Translations under genes and position numbers: made by a program
Notes under the pieces: generated by a model
Seen by the model: only the letters and a program-made list of their open reading frames with translations
Database searches by the model: none
What the model was told of the DNA's origin: nothing
In this document: in pieces, positions 48,152 to 62,354 of the stretch
How the letters are laid out: the number at the start of each line of letters is the position of its first letter
Position numbering within the stretch: position 1 is the stretch's first letter
Source: Raillietiella orientalis
Lineage: Eukaryota
Direction of reading: 5' to 3'
NCBI GenBank assembly: GCA_036172245.1
Contig: JAYWIR010000042.1
Location: 1,736,001 to 1,800,000, forward strand
DNA: 64,000 nucleotides

Positions 48152-48872
48152 TCAAAATGAATAAAACCACACTTGTTGACAAATAACAGCCCATGACTCA
48201 TAAAGACAAGACAAGAGATACTGTAAAAGTTGTTTTATTTCATCTTTTTCAGCTAACTGTAAGTAAGTTTGTCCATCTGGTGCCACACCATTTTTGTCAG
48301 CACCCTTTCAGGGTTGAGAAAAGTGTCATTTTCTTGCATTATGGTGCATTTCCAATTACCTTTTCAAGCATGAGCTTCACACAAGAAGCATGACCTTCAA
48401 AAATTGCTGCCAACAGAGGACTGATTCCATGCTTATCATGCTTGTTAACATCAGCGCCTAGGTTTATTAGATAGCAAATCATTTTCTCCTGACCATAATC
48501 AGCTGCATGGTGCAATGGAGTTCGACCACCAATTTCAGCATTAGGGCTGATTATCTAGATGATTAAAATGTAACTACATAAAGTAATGGCACAACTTAGT
48601 ACCTTATTAATTTCAATAAGCTCCCTAACTTTCTCTATGTCACCATTTTTTATTGCCCATTCCAATTCCTGTGTGTTTACCCCTAAAACATTTTTGTTAT
48701 AACGAGTTCTTTCAACCATACCACCAAAAGTCCTCCACTGCTTTTGACAGATGCTGGTCAATCACATTTATGGATTGTGCAGAAAAAAATCATTTATGCA
48801 AAGTACAAAAACACAATAAAAAAAAAAATGAAAATCAGAACGAGTAATACCTGGACAGATAGAATCTCCCAT
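48152..48872 (-). CDS. MTPN: Myotrophin (ankyrin repeat); exons 48872-48851 (tentative), 48682-48603, 48554-48360, 48304-48152
   Basis: ELEWAIKNGD...GRTPLHHAADYGQ...GADVNKHDKHGISPLLAAIFEGHASCVKLMLEK|GADKNGVAPDGQTY...IKQLLQ. Introns of 48 and 55 nt are GT-AG; start exon and C-terminus uncertain. Confidence 0.9.
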
Positions 48873-49029
48873 GATCCACCGTGAAACGCATATACAGTAA
48901 CGTTTTTTTCTTTTCAGGAACAACAAAAGAAACACAAGGGCATAATGTTCCAAGGTTTTGATTCCAGTTCAATTTGATCCAGTTGACCTTTCTTTAGACA
49001 TTACAACGGGCACAACATTCGCACTTTTC

Positions 49030-49190
49030 AGCTCTCGTGACTACGGGTTCGAATGAAAGTGGGCACAAATCAAACTACAGACCAAACACTTGCAATTCAA
49101 TGGAGCACCTAATTTCGTTTAGGTGTAGAGGAAGCTAAGGCGGAAGCCTGATACAATTACCACGTAAACTCAGACAACTGTTCAGTCGAG
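49030..49190 (+). mobile_element. EVE: short PB1 fragment upstream of myotrophin
   Basis: TTGSNESGHKS ~ VSGINESADMS; LIQLPRKLR ~ ALQLFIKDYR. Confidence 0.45.
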
Positions 49191-50079
49191 CTGCTCTGCA
49201 TTTTCAAAAGAAACGGCTCATTCTGAAATGCAACCAACGAAATATTCAATTCACACTCAACTTAAAGGCGTCAGAACAAATCTTTGCATTAACGCGGTGA
49301 TTGCTACTTCCCATAATCGGATTCATTGAACTTGAACCTTTTTAGGAGTGATTGGAATCGCCGACTGACAATTTTTAATGGTATTTTTTTTTCTAATGTC
49401 AGTGTTGTTGCTGTTTTTATTGCTTTGAATACGTATTGAAATACATATAATGAATTCGTTTATTATATGTGTATACTGAACTGTCATGAACATTGCCTTC
49501 ATGGGATGCAAAACATGAAATACAAAAATTAAGAGGAAGCATTTCAAGCATTTTCAAGCATCCCTACAAATCACCGGACTCACTTTAAAGCAATTGTTCA
49601 TAATAAGGTACTGAAAACTAAGAGGAGGTAAACATTTTGAAACACCTCATATGAAATCTACTTTATATCTTATGAGGAATCGTACCACACAACTGAAATA
49701 CTTCCCAAAACTTAATTCACTCGTATTCAATTAACAGACGATATGTGCAGATGGAAGAAAAAAGTTCGTCGATAACGGATTCCAATTTGAGTTTTGGATG
49801 CATACATTTTGAACGTACATTTTGAACGTTCTAAGAGTTTGGCATTTCATAGTTCAAATTCGACTTGATTTCACGTATAGATTCTTTATATCACCAGTAA
49901 ACTGTTCATTGTTTCTAAGTGTTTTATGGGATTTATACCTAATGAAAGCTCTACAACGCCTATAATTGCAGCAGTTCATCCCTACATGCATAAAAATAAA
50001 ACTCTTTAACAGCTCGAATTGGTGGTTTCATGGTTTCGGGATAGTTCAAATGAAAATGTGAAAATAAGTTAGAAGAATA

Positions 50080-50940
50080 TCTTTGAAACGATTTTTCAAT
50101 GAAATCAAACAGCAGCACACTCTGAATGCTATTTACTATAATAACTGAATCTAAAATCAAGAAGTCTAACCATTTTCGATGTGTTGAAGTTACCATTTAG
50201 ATCTCTATATTTATAGTTGAGATTCGTTTGAGAAAAGCATCACCTGTGAGTATTGTATGCTGAATAACGCTCAACTTTTTCCTCTCTTATTTTTTATTTC
50301 CGGTATTCTATCAAACTGAGGTGCACTATATACTAAAGAGCATTACTAATTAAAAAAGTCTTAAGATCACATTTTTTGGGGGTCTTCCGTTTAAAAGAAA
50401 AAGGAGTTTTTCCTTTCTAACTTCGAATCAAAAGTTTTTGAGCTTTTTTAAAGCTCATTAGCTTTAAGTCTTCTTCTTTATGGAATGACATCACTAGATT
50501 TCTGTTCCCACTGTTTTACCTTCCTTTGTAATCCAAGAGTTTTCAGTGACTTACTAAAAGCAGATCTGCCACAAAATATCAAAGGAGTTGAGAGTTGGTC
50601 TAGTTTTCCACCAATCTGTCTATATTCGTTAACAACCTCAAATGAACAAGAACATGCTTTTCATTAGTGGACGGTATGGGATCAGTACTGAAATGTTCAC
50701 AGTACTACCAAGAACTCGAACTGAGCCATTAGATCTTCTGAAAAGCATTTATTTTCCAGTGTCTCCAAATTCCGCATATTCTTCATATTTTCCAAGACGT
50801 CTTCTACACATTTTTTTTTTTTATTGATGCAAATTCTGAAATTCTTCTGAAAGTTGAGTGCGTCTGAAAGCAAGTAACTGTGAGACGGAGAGTTTTCTTA
50901 TGGGTGAAGATTATTGAAAACCGAGTAGCACTAAAAAAGC
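50080..50940 (+). mobile_element. EVE: PB1 central region
   Basis: NQTAA ~ NQPAA; GGLP ~ SGLP; CNPRVFSDLL ~ QNPRMFLAMI; SSFPPICL ~ [22 protein letters not shown] ~ YMFESKSMKLRTQI. Confidence 0.7.
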
Positions 50941-51699
50941 TCGAAACAACTTTCATTAGAAAATGTTTTAAATGGATTCTTGCGTTCACATATGAAGACA
51001 ATAGTTTACAAATTAAATTGCAAATAATTTAATTACTAATAAATCAATTACTTCCGATATGTAATATGAAGGTCTTAGAAAATGAAGTTGGAATGCGTGT
51101 CTTTTTCTACCTAATTCTAAAAAAGGAAGTCATCTACACAGATATGAAAACTATCATTTGCTTCATTTATGTTTAAGATTAGATGTTTGATTTAGATCAG
51201 TTGTATTCAAAAGGCATTAAATCGCTTTGAATATATATATATGTGTGTGTGCAACAAGCAAGTTACCAACATAGCTATAAGTAGGTAAGAGATATCATAT
51301 TAGAGTAATCATACTTTGCTCCATGCTTCTTCGAAACATGTTAAGAAAGCTGTGGAAGAAAGCAAGCATGTTCAGCAATGGAGACTGCCTAGAGTCAATG
51401 GGCAGTGCGGAATGTAGGCTAAACTTCACTATGCTAATGAATTATCTGAAGTTTTGGTAAAATTCAGTCTCACTAGCTAATCACTTTTCCATTCAATAGA
51501 AAATCGTCACTGAAACTTTGGTAAATTACTTTAAAGTTTCCATGAAACGAAAGCAATGAAAATTTGGGCAACGAAATCTACGAATTTCTGTATAATACAT
51601 GCCACAGTAAAAGTCTGCAAAAACCACAAAGTTAACTCTGGCATATTTATTTGTTTCAAAATAGCTAAATAATTCAGTTCTTTAGCAAGAAAATTTGAG

Positions 51700-52540
51700 T
51701 TGATATACAAGAATCCGGGAATATTTCATTCCTCACGATTGGAAGCGATGACATGTGACGCGTCCTTGGCTTCTCCCCTACTTTCAAAATATTCGGTTCA
51801 CGCAACTGTCTTGAAAAGGATGAAGTTAACAGGAAAACAAGGAAAGATGGGCTTTTTTCAGAACACGCAGAGAAACATGCTTTAAACGCTGTTTATCGCT
51901 GGAATGCTCAGGACTTCATAAGCTGGTTTGCGTGTACTTGTGTATAGTTGTGCCCGAAGGTCTTTCCGATCTAATTACTGTTGTGTGTGTGTGACGAGAT
52001 CCATTCTATTCGTATTCAATTTCTCGATACATTTTGTGAACAGCACGGTTGCCTTCACTATCATCAAAAAAAATAAATAAATAAAGTCCTCCTCGAATCT
52101 TCAAACCGCACAAACCGCACAAGGGCACCACTGCACGATTCTGCATTTCGTGCCCTGCATTGCAGCGTGTCGCTGGATGGACTGCGGGAAAAGACGACAA
52201 AGATACAGGTTACTATTCGGCAAGCTATGTACTATATACAGCAATTGAGTCGCCAAACAGTTACAACTGTATTATTATTATTATTTTTTGCTATACAAGG
52301 CTGAAGTGCCCCAGTAATTTGTGAAGACATCGGGTCGCCATATGTCTACGTGAAGCTTTTCAAATATACTTGCTTCAAGGTGATGAAACTTGGACATAGT
52401 AGAAGTGCAATTGTAATTTATAAACAATTCATGGATTTTTGCATCATTACAAAACTGCAGTGCATAATTTTCCTGCATATTTGCAATCAGCATCTGCAAC
52501 CATAAAGATCCATAAAGATCTTAAAAGGCAAATCTTTCCT
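51700..52540 (+). mobile_element. EVE: PB2 central region
   Basis: KNPGIFHSSRLEAMTCDASLASP gap-free with [31 protein letters not shown] ~ LIIAARNI; FVKTSG...NLDIVEV ~ FKRTSG...NLQTLKI. Confidence 0.7.
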
Positions 52541-53520
52541 TGCGTGTATACCAACTTGTGTTTGTCCGTATAAATTCAAAGAATACATCTACAGAGACTT
52601 TTTTTTTTTAAAAGTATATTTTTATTTCATAAAATCAGTTGTATGTCCAGTAGATAACAAACTGCTTACGGTATACAAACATGTATATAATACAAAAAAC
52701 AAAAATGGCTAAAAAATACTATACTTTTGTTTTTCACATGTTTGTTTTCATGTTTTCCAATAGTCTGAATATCTTACAGAACTGAGCTATCTGATGCAAA
52801 CTTTTACAAGCAGCCAAGGGGGCAAGAAAACGGAAAACCGATTTCAAGACGGGGTAGTAAAAGATCACGAGCTAAAGCTTTTGCACATTTGCATGAATAA
52901 ATTGTAAGCTAAACTAAACCTGATATACTTATCGACAATGTGTACAATCTTGAAAACCTTATGGGCTCTGCACTATACATTCAACACGTTTTAGCTTTGA
53001 TTTCATGTCTTGTATAGCACAAAAATCTCGAAAATGTGACAAATGATTAGGATGCAAGAGCAAGCAGCTTCCTTGTCAAGTGTCTTCCTTTTTAACAATC
53101 ATACTGATAAGGAAATTCCTGCAGAATGACTGGCGGTATTTAAAATGGAAAAGCAATTTTTTAAATAGATCATGATGATATTCACTACTTTTTAAACCAG
53201 CTCTCCTGGCTTCCAAATCTTTCTTGAAAACAATATGATATTCTAAATTATAAGGTTAAGAAGCTAACAAAAAACCAGGCATTAGTTTGGAAGTTTTTTC
53301 TGGTGCAAATCAATGAAAGTTCCCAAAATCTAATGATTACACTGGTGGTCGTACTTTTTCAAATAAAATTAATAATAGAGTATTATAGAGTACGTATGTG
53401 GATTTAACAAAGGGAGCAAATTTAAAAGTTATCTGCAAATTATTTGGGAACTAATAACTCATTCCAAGGAGGAAATCATTTCCTGGAAAATCAGTACACG
53501 TGCTGCACATATTAATCACC

Positions 53521-56500
53521 TCACATGCTTGGAAGGCTTTTTGGTTGGCTGACGTGATTTTTCATACTTCAGTTTCTTTACATAGCCACTAATTAGTTGT
53601 TTAATCTTTGATTGATTAATGGTACCAGTTTTACTGTGACATATCTAAAAATTACAAAAATTCCCGTGGATCAGCACAATTTTAGGAATACAACCTTAGG
53701 AACACTTTTCCTCATGATTTCTTTATACATGTCTTTGTTGATTTCTCTGTTAGTATAGAATGGTTTTAAAATTTGCTTCACTTCACGAACAACTTTCTCT
53801 TGACGATTTAGTTTCTTCATATACTAAACAAAAGACATGAAGGTAACACACAAAAATACATTAAGAATACCTTTTCTTTCACTTGCAATTCAACTGCTGA
53901 CGATGGGACATCATCTAATGACTGAAGTGATTCCTGATTCATGTCAAGTGCATGACTTTCCTGATTTCCAAGTTTCTGCACTATTCAGAATATTCAGAAA
54001 AACATTTATTCACTCACTGATAATTCTAAGAAAACTGTCATTAACTTCTATGTGAATTCTACATTAATTTAAACTGGCATTAAACTATAATTTTAATGAA
54101 GTTTTCATTTTTACAGTGCAAAAACAGTTTACTAAAAATACATTTGTTTCTAAATGTGGCAAACTTTCAGAATTGTCTTGAATAACTAAATCTTGCTGTT
54201 GTAAAATTCAACATGCATACAGCTTGAAAAATTCGATGTCCGAAATTCGCACCTGAATCAATCATTTACTTGAATATTTACAAACTACAAATAATTAAAC
54301 AAATACTATGCATTAGGAATACAAATGAGCTCTCTTTCCAAGCATTTGGAGAAAACAAATTTCATCAACAATTTACTCTGATTACTTTGTTTTGCAGTAA
54401 ATGAAATTAATGCTCAAAACAGATGGCAAAATGCAATTAAAAAACTGTTTATGCAAGGATTATTAAAATATACCTTTCATTTTATCATGATGTCCATGTT
54501 TATTAACATACAATTCTGATTTTTTACCACATTGATTCTTTTTCACTGCTGAGCCCTTCTTTTTATCATTTGGAGGTGATGATCCGAATAAAGCTTCGAA
54601 TCTGGCTTCTATTGATGGTCGCTTAGAACTTGAAGATTGTTTGTGATGTCTATCCACCAAAATAAGAGATCCTTCATCCGATTTTGGAGAAGGTGGTGAA
54701 TGTGACATAAGAGGAGTGTTTTCATCACTTACTGGAGGGTTAAAGAGATCTTCAGCTTCGGCACTATCAGGAGAAATTGGAGACTCATGCCAAGATGTTT
54801 TATCACTAGATGGCTGCCTTGATTGAATCTTCTTACTATCATATATATTATTTGTACTTTTCTTCACTTCTGAGTCATTTGCTTCTGAAGGTAAATATGG
54901 GTTACTAATCACAGAATTACTAGCATTTAAAGTATGATGCTGCATCACATGTACTGAAGGAGATTCCATGGCATGAGCTGTTAAGCCCCCAACACCATTT
55001 TCTGTACTGTGCACATAACTAACTAACTGAGGTAGCTGCAGCATTTGTAATGAATGGATCAACTTCGAATTAACATTTTTCTTTTCGCCATCAATTCGCT
55101 TTTGTGGCAATGTTGCTGATATTAACATAGGAACATTCTGATCATCGCATTTATCTTGCTTAGAATATTCATAATGACATGCTTTGGTGCCCAAAGTGTG
55201 ATACGTGACAGTGGAGTTGTCAACATTTTCACCTGGTTCACACTGATAATTGGTTGGCACAGTAGATTGAGACTCTGAAGCCCTTTGAGAATGTGACCCA
55301 TGAAAGGAAACACTGACTGATGATGGAAAATGATGCATGCTTTGACAATCATTTGCATCTAATCGAGGATACTGAGATTTATGGTGAAAAGTGCTTCCAT
55401 TATTTGACTTTGATTTATGAGAGGAAAATCTTACTTCCTTTGGTTCATCATCATTATTATTCCCCAAATAAATTGGTGGTGGAGGTTGTGTAAATAGAGT
55501 TTTGAAGTGATTAGGATGTACTGGAAGTGAGGGTGGTGGATGGTTAGGTATAGGATAAAGAATGCCAGATCTATCTGCGATACTAACTGTGGGAGGCATA
55601 CACTCAGAAGAAAGAGAAATAGAAGACGTTGTAGGAATTATACCTACTTCTTGCGTTAAATTCGAACTTAAATATTCACTAGAAGACTGATACAGAAAGG
55701 TCTGTTTCACATCCTTTGATCGAGGAAAGTTCTGGTTACTGTTGGCTGATGTCCCTTCATTCACTTCGAGTGAATTATCACGATCATGAAACTGCTCTTC
55801 TGAGTCATACAAAGTAGGTTTCTTGTTTAATTCCGATGTGGAACAACGTGCATCATCAAAAGCTTCATCACAACAAGATCTATTTTGAAATAATGACACA
55901 ATCTCAGGACTTGGAGATCTAAACATATCTTCATTCTTGGACTTGAATGATACCGAATTGTTATCTGGAGAGCCTGTGGGTTCAAAAGGATCATAAGCAT
56001 CCGGCATGTTTTTTCCTGCTGTTTTATATGGTTCTACAAGACTACCAGAAAACGCATTCTTTTGCTCAGTACTTTCCTTTGGGGTATTATCACATAGATC
56101 ATTACAATTATCCGAATTTTCATCAGAAGGACTATCGGTACTTGTTACTTTACTGACTACTTCTAACTGAATCTTTTTGTTAAGAGCACTATCATTTGTT
56201 GACAAAATATTTATTGTCTGATGTGTGGTGTCTTCTGCATCTGGTGATGCCAAAGGATTAGAAATAACTTTCAAATTCGATCTGGAAAAAATGGAGAATT
56301 TTATAAGAGGTTCTGAATCTACTTCCACTTTCTCATTTTCAGGAATAGGTTCTGATGACTGGCATGAAACAGTACTCTGTGCTTCTGGAGGTGTATCTTG
56401 ATCTAAATCGTCACAAACACCATCAAATTGCTTATTAATAATTATGACATCTGAATCTGATTCTGACACAGAACTTAGCTCTATTATCTCAATTTTCTCA

Positions 56501-59500
56501 CTGGACTGCACAGATGACTTTGACTTGTGAATACCAGATAATGACTTGTGCAATGATGAGCTGTCTGATAAAGATGAGCTATGTTCTGTATGAAAAGTTT
56601 GTGATTCTGAAGATGAACAACTAGAATAATTGAAATTACATTCTGATACAGAACTTGACCTGGAGCGTGCAAATGATTTGAAGCTCACTCTTTGTGGTGA
56701 TAATGACTTATCTCTAGATACTGAATGCCTCAGTAAAGTGGAACACTTTGAATGACTCTGCATATGAGAATGACAGCGAGATGTTCTGCCAGTGATTTTA
56801 TTTTCCTCAGTTTTTCCTTTCCTTTTTAGCACCTGTTTTGCAATTGCATCATTTGTAAATTTAGATTTTTTTGCTTTAGACTTCACTTTTGAATGCACAC
56901 TTGTTGCAGCAGTCTCAGAACTTATTTGATATTTAGACCTACTTGTGCTTCTTGATGAATTTCTCTTACTTTCATGGCGCATTCTCTTTCTTGGAGTATG
57001 ACTATGTGAATCAGTTGACAGATTTTCTCTACTTTTGGAGGCAGAACGATCTCTTGAATGGGATGCATGTTTTATTCTTTTTTTATGTCTAGATTTCTTA
57101 TGGCTTGATATCGTACTACACTTAGGTCTTGATTGGCTGCTGTGTCTCGTTCTCTCTATAGAACTTGACCTGCTTCTCGAAGAGGAGATGAGTTTTCTGT
57201 GCAATTTTTTTTGAGCACATGAGTCGAGTTCAGAATGACTAAGTCTTTGTCTTTTTTCTGAAGATTTCCCAGAATCTACTTTTTTATTAGGATTAGTATT
57301 CTTATCATTCTTTCCACATGAACTACTACTTTTATTACAGGTGTTTTTGGAATGACAAGAAACTTTTTTCATAGTATCTGAATCTAAATCTTTGGCAGCG
57401 TTTGGATCAGTATTCTTAGGAGGATTCTCAGCTTTGGAATGCTGATGAGAACTGCTTGTTTTGGTTTTCGATTTTTCTTCCGACTGTTTTTTATTAGCAG
57501 CAAATTCTGATTCTGGTTCTTTTTTTAAGATAGCATCTGTTGTTTTCTCAATATTTTCAACATATGGCTTTTTTATACTTTCATGATCCTTTTTACTCTT
57601 TTTGATTGGATTTTGCTTCATCTTTGACTCGTTTGTTGTCTTTGAAGTCTGTGCAAAACTAATATTAACTAATATTTTGTCACCTGCTGTATAAACTTCT
57701 TTGGAACTTTCTTCAGGGTCATAACTACTAACTTCGTTTTTTTTTGATTTTTTTTTTGAATGCATCTTGGTTTCCGTTTCGGTCTTGGATTTTTTTTTCT
57801 TTTTCTTTTTGATTCGAACGGAGCCACCGGAAACAATGTTCTTGGAATGAAATCTGTCGTCCTTCTCTGAAGGTGAACATGATAACGATCGGGACAGTGA
57901 TCTAAGTCGCCTTTCAGTTAAGTAATCTTCCCAATAGTATTCCTCGTCAATATCTCTAGATTTAAAGTGACATGTATTAGCATAGTTTCTTTCAGATGAA
58001 CGAAACTTATTTTCAGAAACGGTAGACCTCTGATGATCAACGGAAGGTGACCACATTGCACTTTTTTTCCAATTAGAAGCATGACTTCCATGATGCTTGC
58101 AGCTGACATCTCTTCTATGTTGAGAATTTCGGGAAGTTAAATGAGTCATCTCGCCTGATGTATTCCTGCTTTCATCTTCTGCAGGTAAATGCAACCGTTT
58201 TGTAATAGTGGCATCCATCTTACCACACTCTTTTAAATTTTGTAGCAAATATTCTGAAGATGCGATATTGCTCTTTATTAGAAAGTTTCTATTAGATGAT
58301 TGATTACTTTTATTACTAGTTTCATGGGACTTGTTTCTGTCTCTCCTATGTTTTCTCAAATGTTCTCTTACCATGGAATTATGACCAGGACTGATCTTTT
58401 CTTTTTTAAAGAATTCTTCTAATGGCTTGGAGCGACCGTCGCGATAATTGCGACTTCGTGACTGTTGACTTGAACGTTTCCACAATACTTCTTGGTCACT
58501 ATTGGCAAGCTCTCCAACTTTGACACATCGTTCTTTTAGTTTAAGGATAACAGTTCCATCTTCATCCGCAATAGAGGAGCCACTAGAAGATACAGTAAGC
58601 TCGGAATATCCAGAATTCTTAACTCCTTTTATCCCGCCATCATCAATTTCTCCTTCTTCCAGATCTGCATGCCTTGGAGTAACAGAATTTGATGCATCAT
58701 CCTTGGTAAAAAGTTCAGAAACAGTTTCCACTTTTTGCAACTGAGAAATGAATTCAGGTTGTTCAATACTGAGAAAGGTCTTTGAGTTATCTACTGGTTG
58801 TTGATCATCAATGACTAGTTCATCTTCAGTAGAAACGTCACTGAGTTCATTTAAATCCCCTATTGGATTGGTGGGTGTTTCCTGTTCAAACACAAAAGAT
58901 GAAATGCTGTCAGGTTTCTGTAATTCCATATCACTGTAAATATCAATATCACTTTCTTCACCTTCTTGCTTTTTAGTGTTTCTGATATCAAGAAACTCTG
59001 TACTTGGAACTGTGGCTGCAAATGATTCTTCAAGTGAATCAACATGCACAACTGGGTCACAATCAGCAACACTAACAGAAGCTGTTGCTACATCTGGAGA
59101 TGAGTTCATCCGCAACTGCTGATCATCTGCATTCTCCACAGTATTTGGTGAGGGTTTGTCATTCTTTTCATTGTTATGACATTGCCGTACATGAATTGTA
59201 GAACGAAAATTTAAATGGTGCTGTCTTTTGTGTCTCCACACACCTTCTGGTCCGATTGATACATGAACAGAGGACAAATGAAGTATTTCCTGATTTCTTA
59301 AAATATCACTAAGCAAATCACTGTTGGTCTGCATTGAAACAAAAGGAGTTGAAGATGACAGGTAATTATTTTCATCTTCCCTATGGAACATTAAGTTAAA
59401 GAAATTTCTGAAATAACTTACTCTTCTGAGAGAATATTTAGATCATCAGGACTACCAAACAAAGTCAAAGAATTCGCTGCTAATTTACTTCTCTGACTGT

Positions 59501-62316
59501 TTGCATTACCACTCATAGTAGGAGCAATCACAGGTAAACGGCAGCCTTCAGTAACTCCTACCAATCGTAAATGTGTGGCAAGACGTGTTTTCACAGAGCT
59601 CTGATTTGCATTATTTACATTCTAAAACAAGCGTACATCGTTGGTCAGTTACACACTATCAAGTGTTTACCTGTCTAATGCAGCATTGTCGGCTGACAGA
59701 TTTTTTTTTTGCTCTTTTTACTGTCCTTTTTCTATACTTTTTCCTGCGACTTTTTTTCTTGCTTCTTCTTATTCGTCTCAAAAGAATGCTTTCCTTCTGC
59801 CTTTGCTGCAATTGGTTGAAACAATTGTGTTTTCCAAAGTTGACCTAAAATTTCACTGAAACTTACTTGATAAAAACGGTTCCTGATGTTAGCATTTTTT
59901 TTTTTTACTACAGACGAAGGAGAAGTAGAAACAACTTCAGGTTCAAAATACTGAGAACAAACTGGGCAAAACCAATCCCCAACAGGAACTTCAGCTAATG
60001 GAGGATCAAGACATCCTAAATGGTATCCAAGATCACATGTATCACATAGGAGCAGCTCATTCTCTCGTGTATCTTCTCCACATACCTCAAATAATTTAGC
60101 ACATTAATACTAAAACTTTGAATACTTGTAATCTTTTGAACATGAGCAATTTTATGATCAACTGCATTCAGACTCAAGAGTTATTTCAGTTCACTTCACA
60201 TATTCGATACTTTGATAATGTATTTTTTCATTTTAGCGCCTTATTTATTTTCTTGATATTTGGCTTTATTTATTTTTAATCAAAGTCAAATATTGCTTCA
60301 AAGACTTTTCATGCTTCTCTTGTGAACCTTAGTTGATGCTGCATACATTATTTCATCTCATACTCAGTCTTTGAATAAATAATCAAGTCAAATGATATAC
60401 TATCAGTTCAACTACTACTTAACATCTGACCCATAAATATCATTTCAGTCAACCATCAGACTTCTCCATACCATCATTTCATAAGACAGTCTGTAAATAT
60501 ATTTATTTTCAAGCATAACATATGCTCGATAATAAGTGATAATGCTAACATGAGTTCTTTATAATCTTCTATTTCTAAATATAAAACTATAGTACTCGTG
60601 ATATTTCCTTACATCTAGTTGACTGCAAAGTTTCTAAAGGCTTCTTTAGATCATATATAGCTCAACGGAAGGGATGCCAACATTTTTGAGAAGAAAACAA
60701 TGTAGACGAGTTTTTAACCATTTTTAGTTCTTAGTTACTACTCACATATCTACATATAAACAAGATGCACTTTATTTAGGAAAGAAATGATGTTACTTTA
60801 AATTACTTTCTTTTAGTAATACAGAACCACTGTATTTGCATTCAGATGTCTCCTACATTTACCAGCAAAATAAATAAAATTAAAAACAATGCAAATACCT
60901 TAATAAACTTAAGACTTTCATATTATTTGCTTTGCCTACGCAACTAAGATAGGAAATATTTACAGAACACAAAACCATTCTAATGCCAGGTGTTCTTAAA
61001 GATTGATGTACAATTTGGTACTTTGCCATGCCAACTAATTTATGGTAGTCTAATTTCCTTAATCCACATGACGACAATGACCAGAACTGAGGTATTTATT
61101 TTGATTATGATCAAAAATGCAACTCTCAGCTGGCTTGAAAAAAGAACATGAGTACAACCTAACTTATTTCCATACTTTCCTTTGAAATGCTTAGAAAGAA
61201 TAACAGATAAATGGATATAGGAATAGTAGAAATGATTAAACCTAGAAGGAATCTGGTCATTATCATGAACTCAGTACACATGCTTGTGCTTTACAAACTG
61301 AATTATATTCAGGACTGAACTATGTTACTAAAAGAAAAAAAAACAGATCAATGCAACAAACATGAACAATAAACGAATTATTAATTCAAATGAATTTCAA
61401 GGTATGTCCAAATAATGAAATCACTATATTAAAAAGTAATGCAAACATAACTAAGCATGATTCATGACTACATATAAAATAATAGAATCATGCAATACCT
61501 ATATCACATCATGAAATCTGTCCACACAGAAAATTGTGTTTAAAACATGCTATCAAGATTGTGCTACTTAAAAACTGAATGTTTGATTTTTCTATCCAAA
61601 CTCAAGTCACCCTATTAAAAGGTAGTCAAAATGTTCACAAGCATATTATCTTTGATCGAGAATGATATATAAGCAATTCTTGAATTTAACATGCAAGGAT
61701 TTCAAAGCCATAAACCACACTAGGAAATCAAATAGAAATAGCATGCAAAAATAGTTGATTAGTGGTATACCTTATCTGAGTAAACAATCTGAAAATATTT
61801 AAAATATTCAATTGTACATTATAATTCTACCTAATAACATTAATAGGCTTTTATAAGAGCAAGTCTCCTTTAAAAACTTGATTTTTATGAAAAACTCAGT
61901 GATAGCAAAATCATCCCAGTGCTATTATAGTACACCTTCTTCTCAGCATACAATTTACAAACACTGTGTCTGTAAAGCAGATCAATAAAGATTGTTTAAA
62001 CACTTTATTGTAGGGTTGGAACTTTCATTTCATATGACCAAGAATCTCAATCTTTTAAATTCTGAAAACCAAAGTATCTATTGTTAGAGCACCTGCAATT
62101 TATTAGATGGTGAATATGCTAGAAAAATTAGAATTATTTCTACAACAAATCAGGCTTTCCTATTATAACAGACAGAGAATAAGTACATTTGTAATGAACC
62201 TCTTTGCCAGCTTAAGAAATTCATACTGAAAATATGCAGCTATAATCTATAGCTGAAATTCCACATTTATTTTATTGGACATAAACAGCATAAAAATTTG
62301 CCAAAAATTATTCATG

Positions 62317-62354
<38 letters not shown>

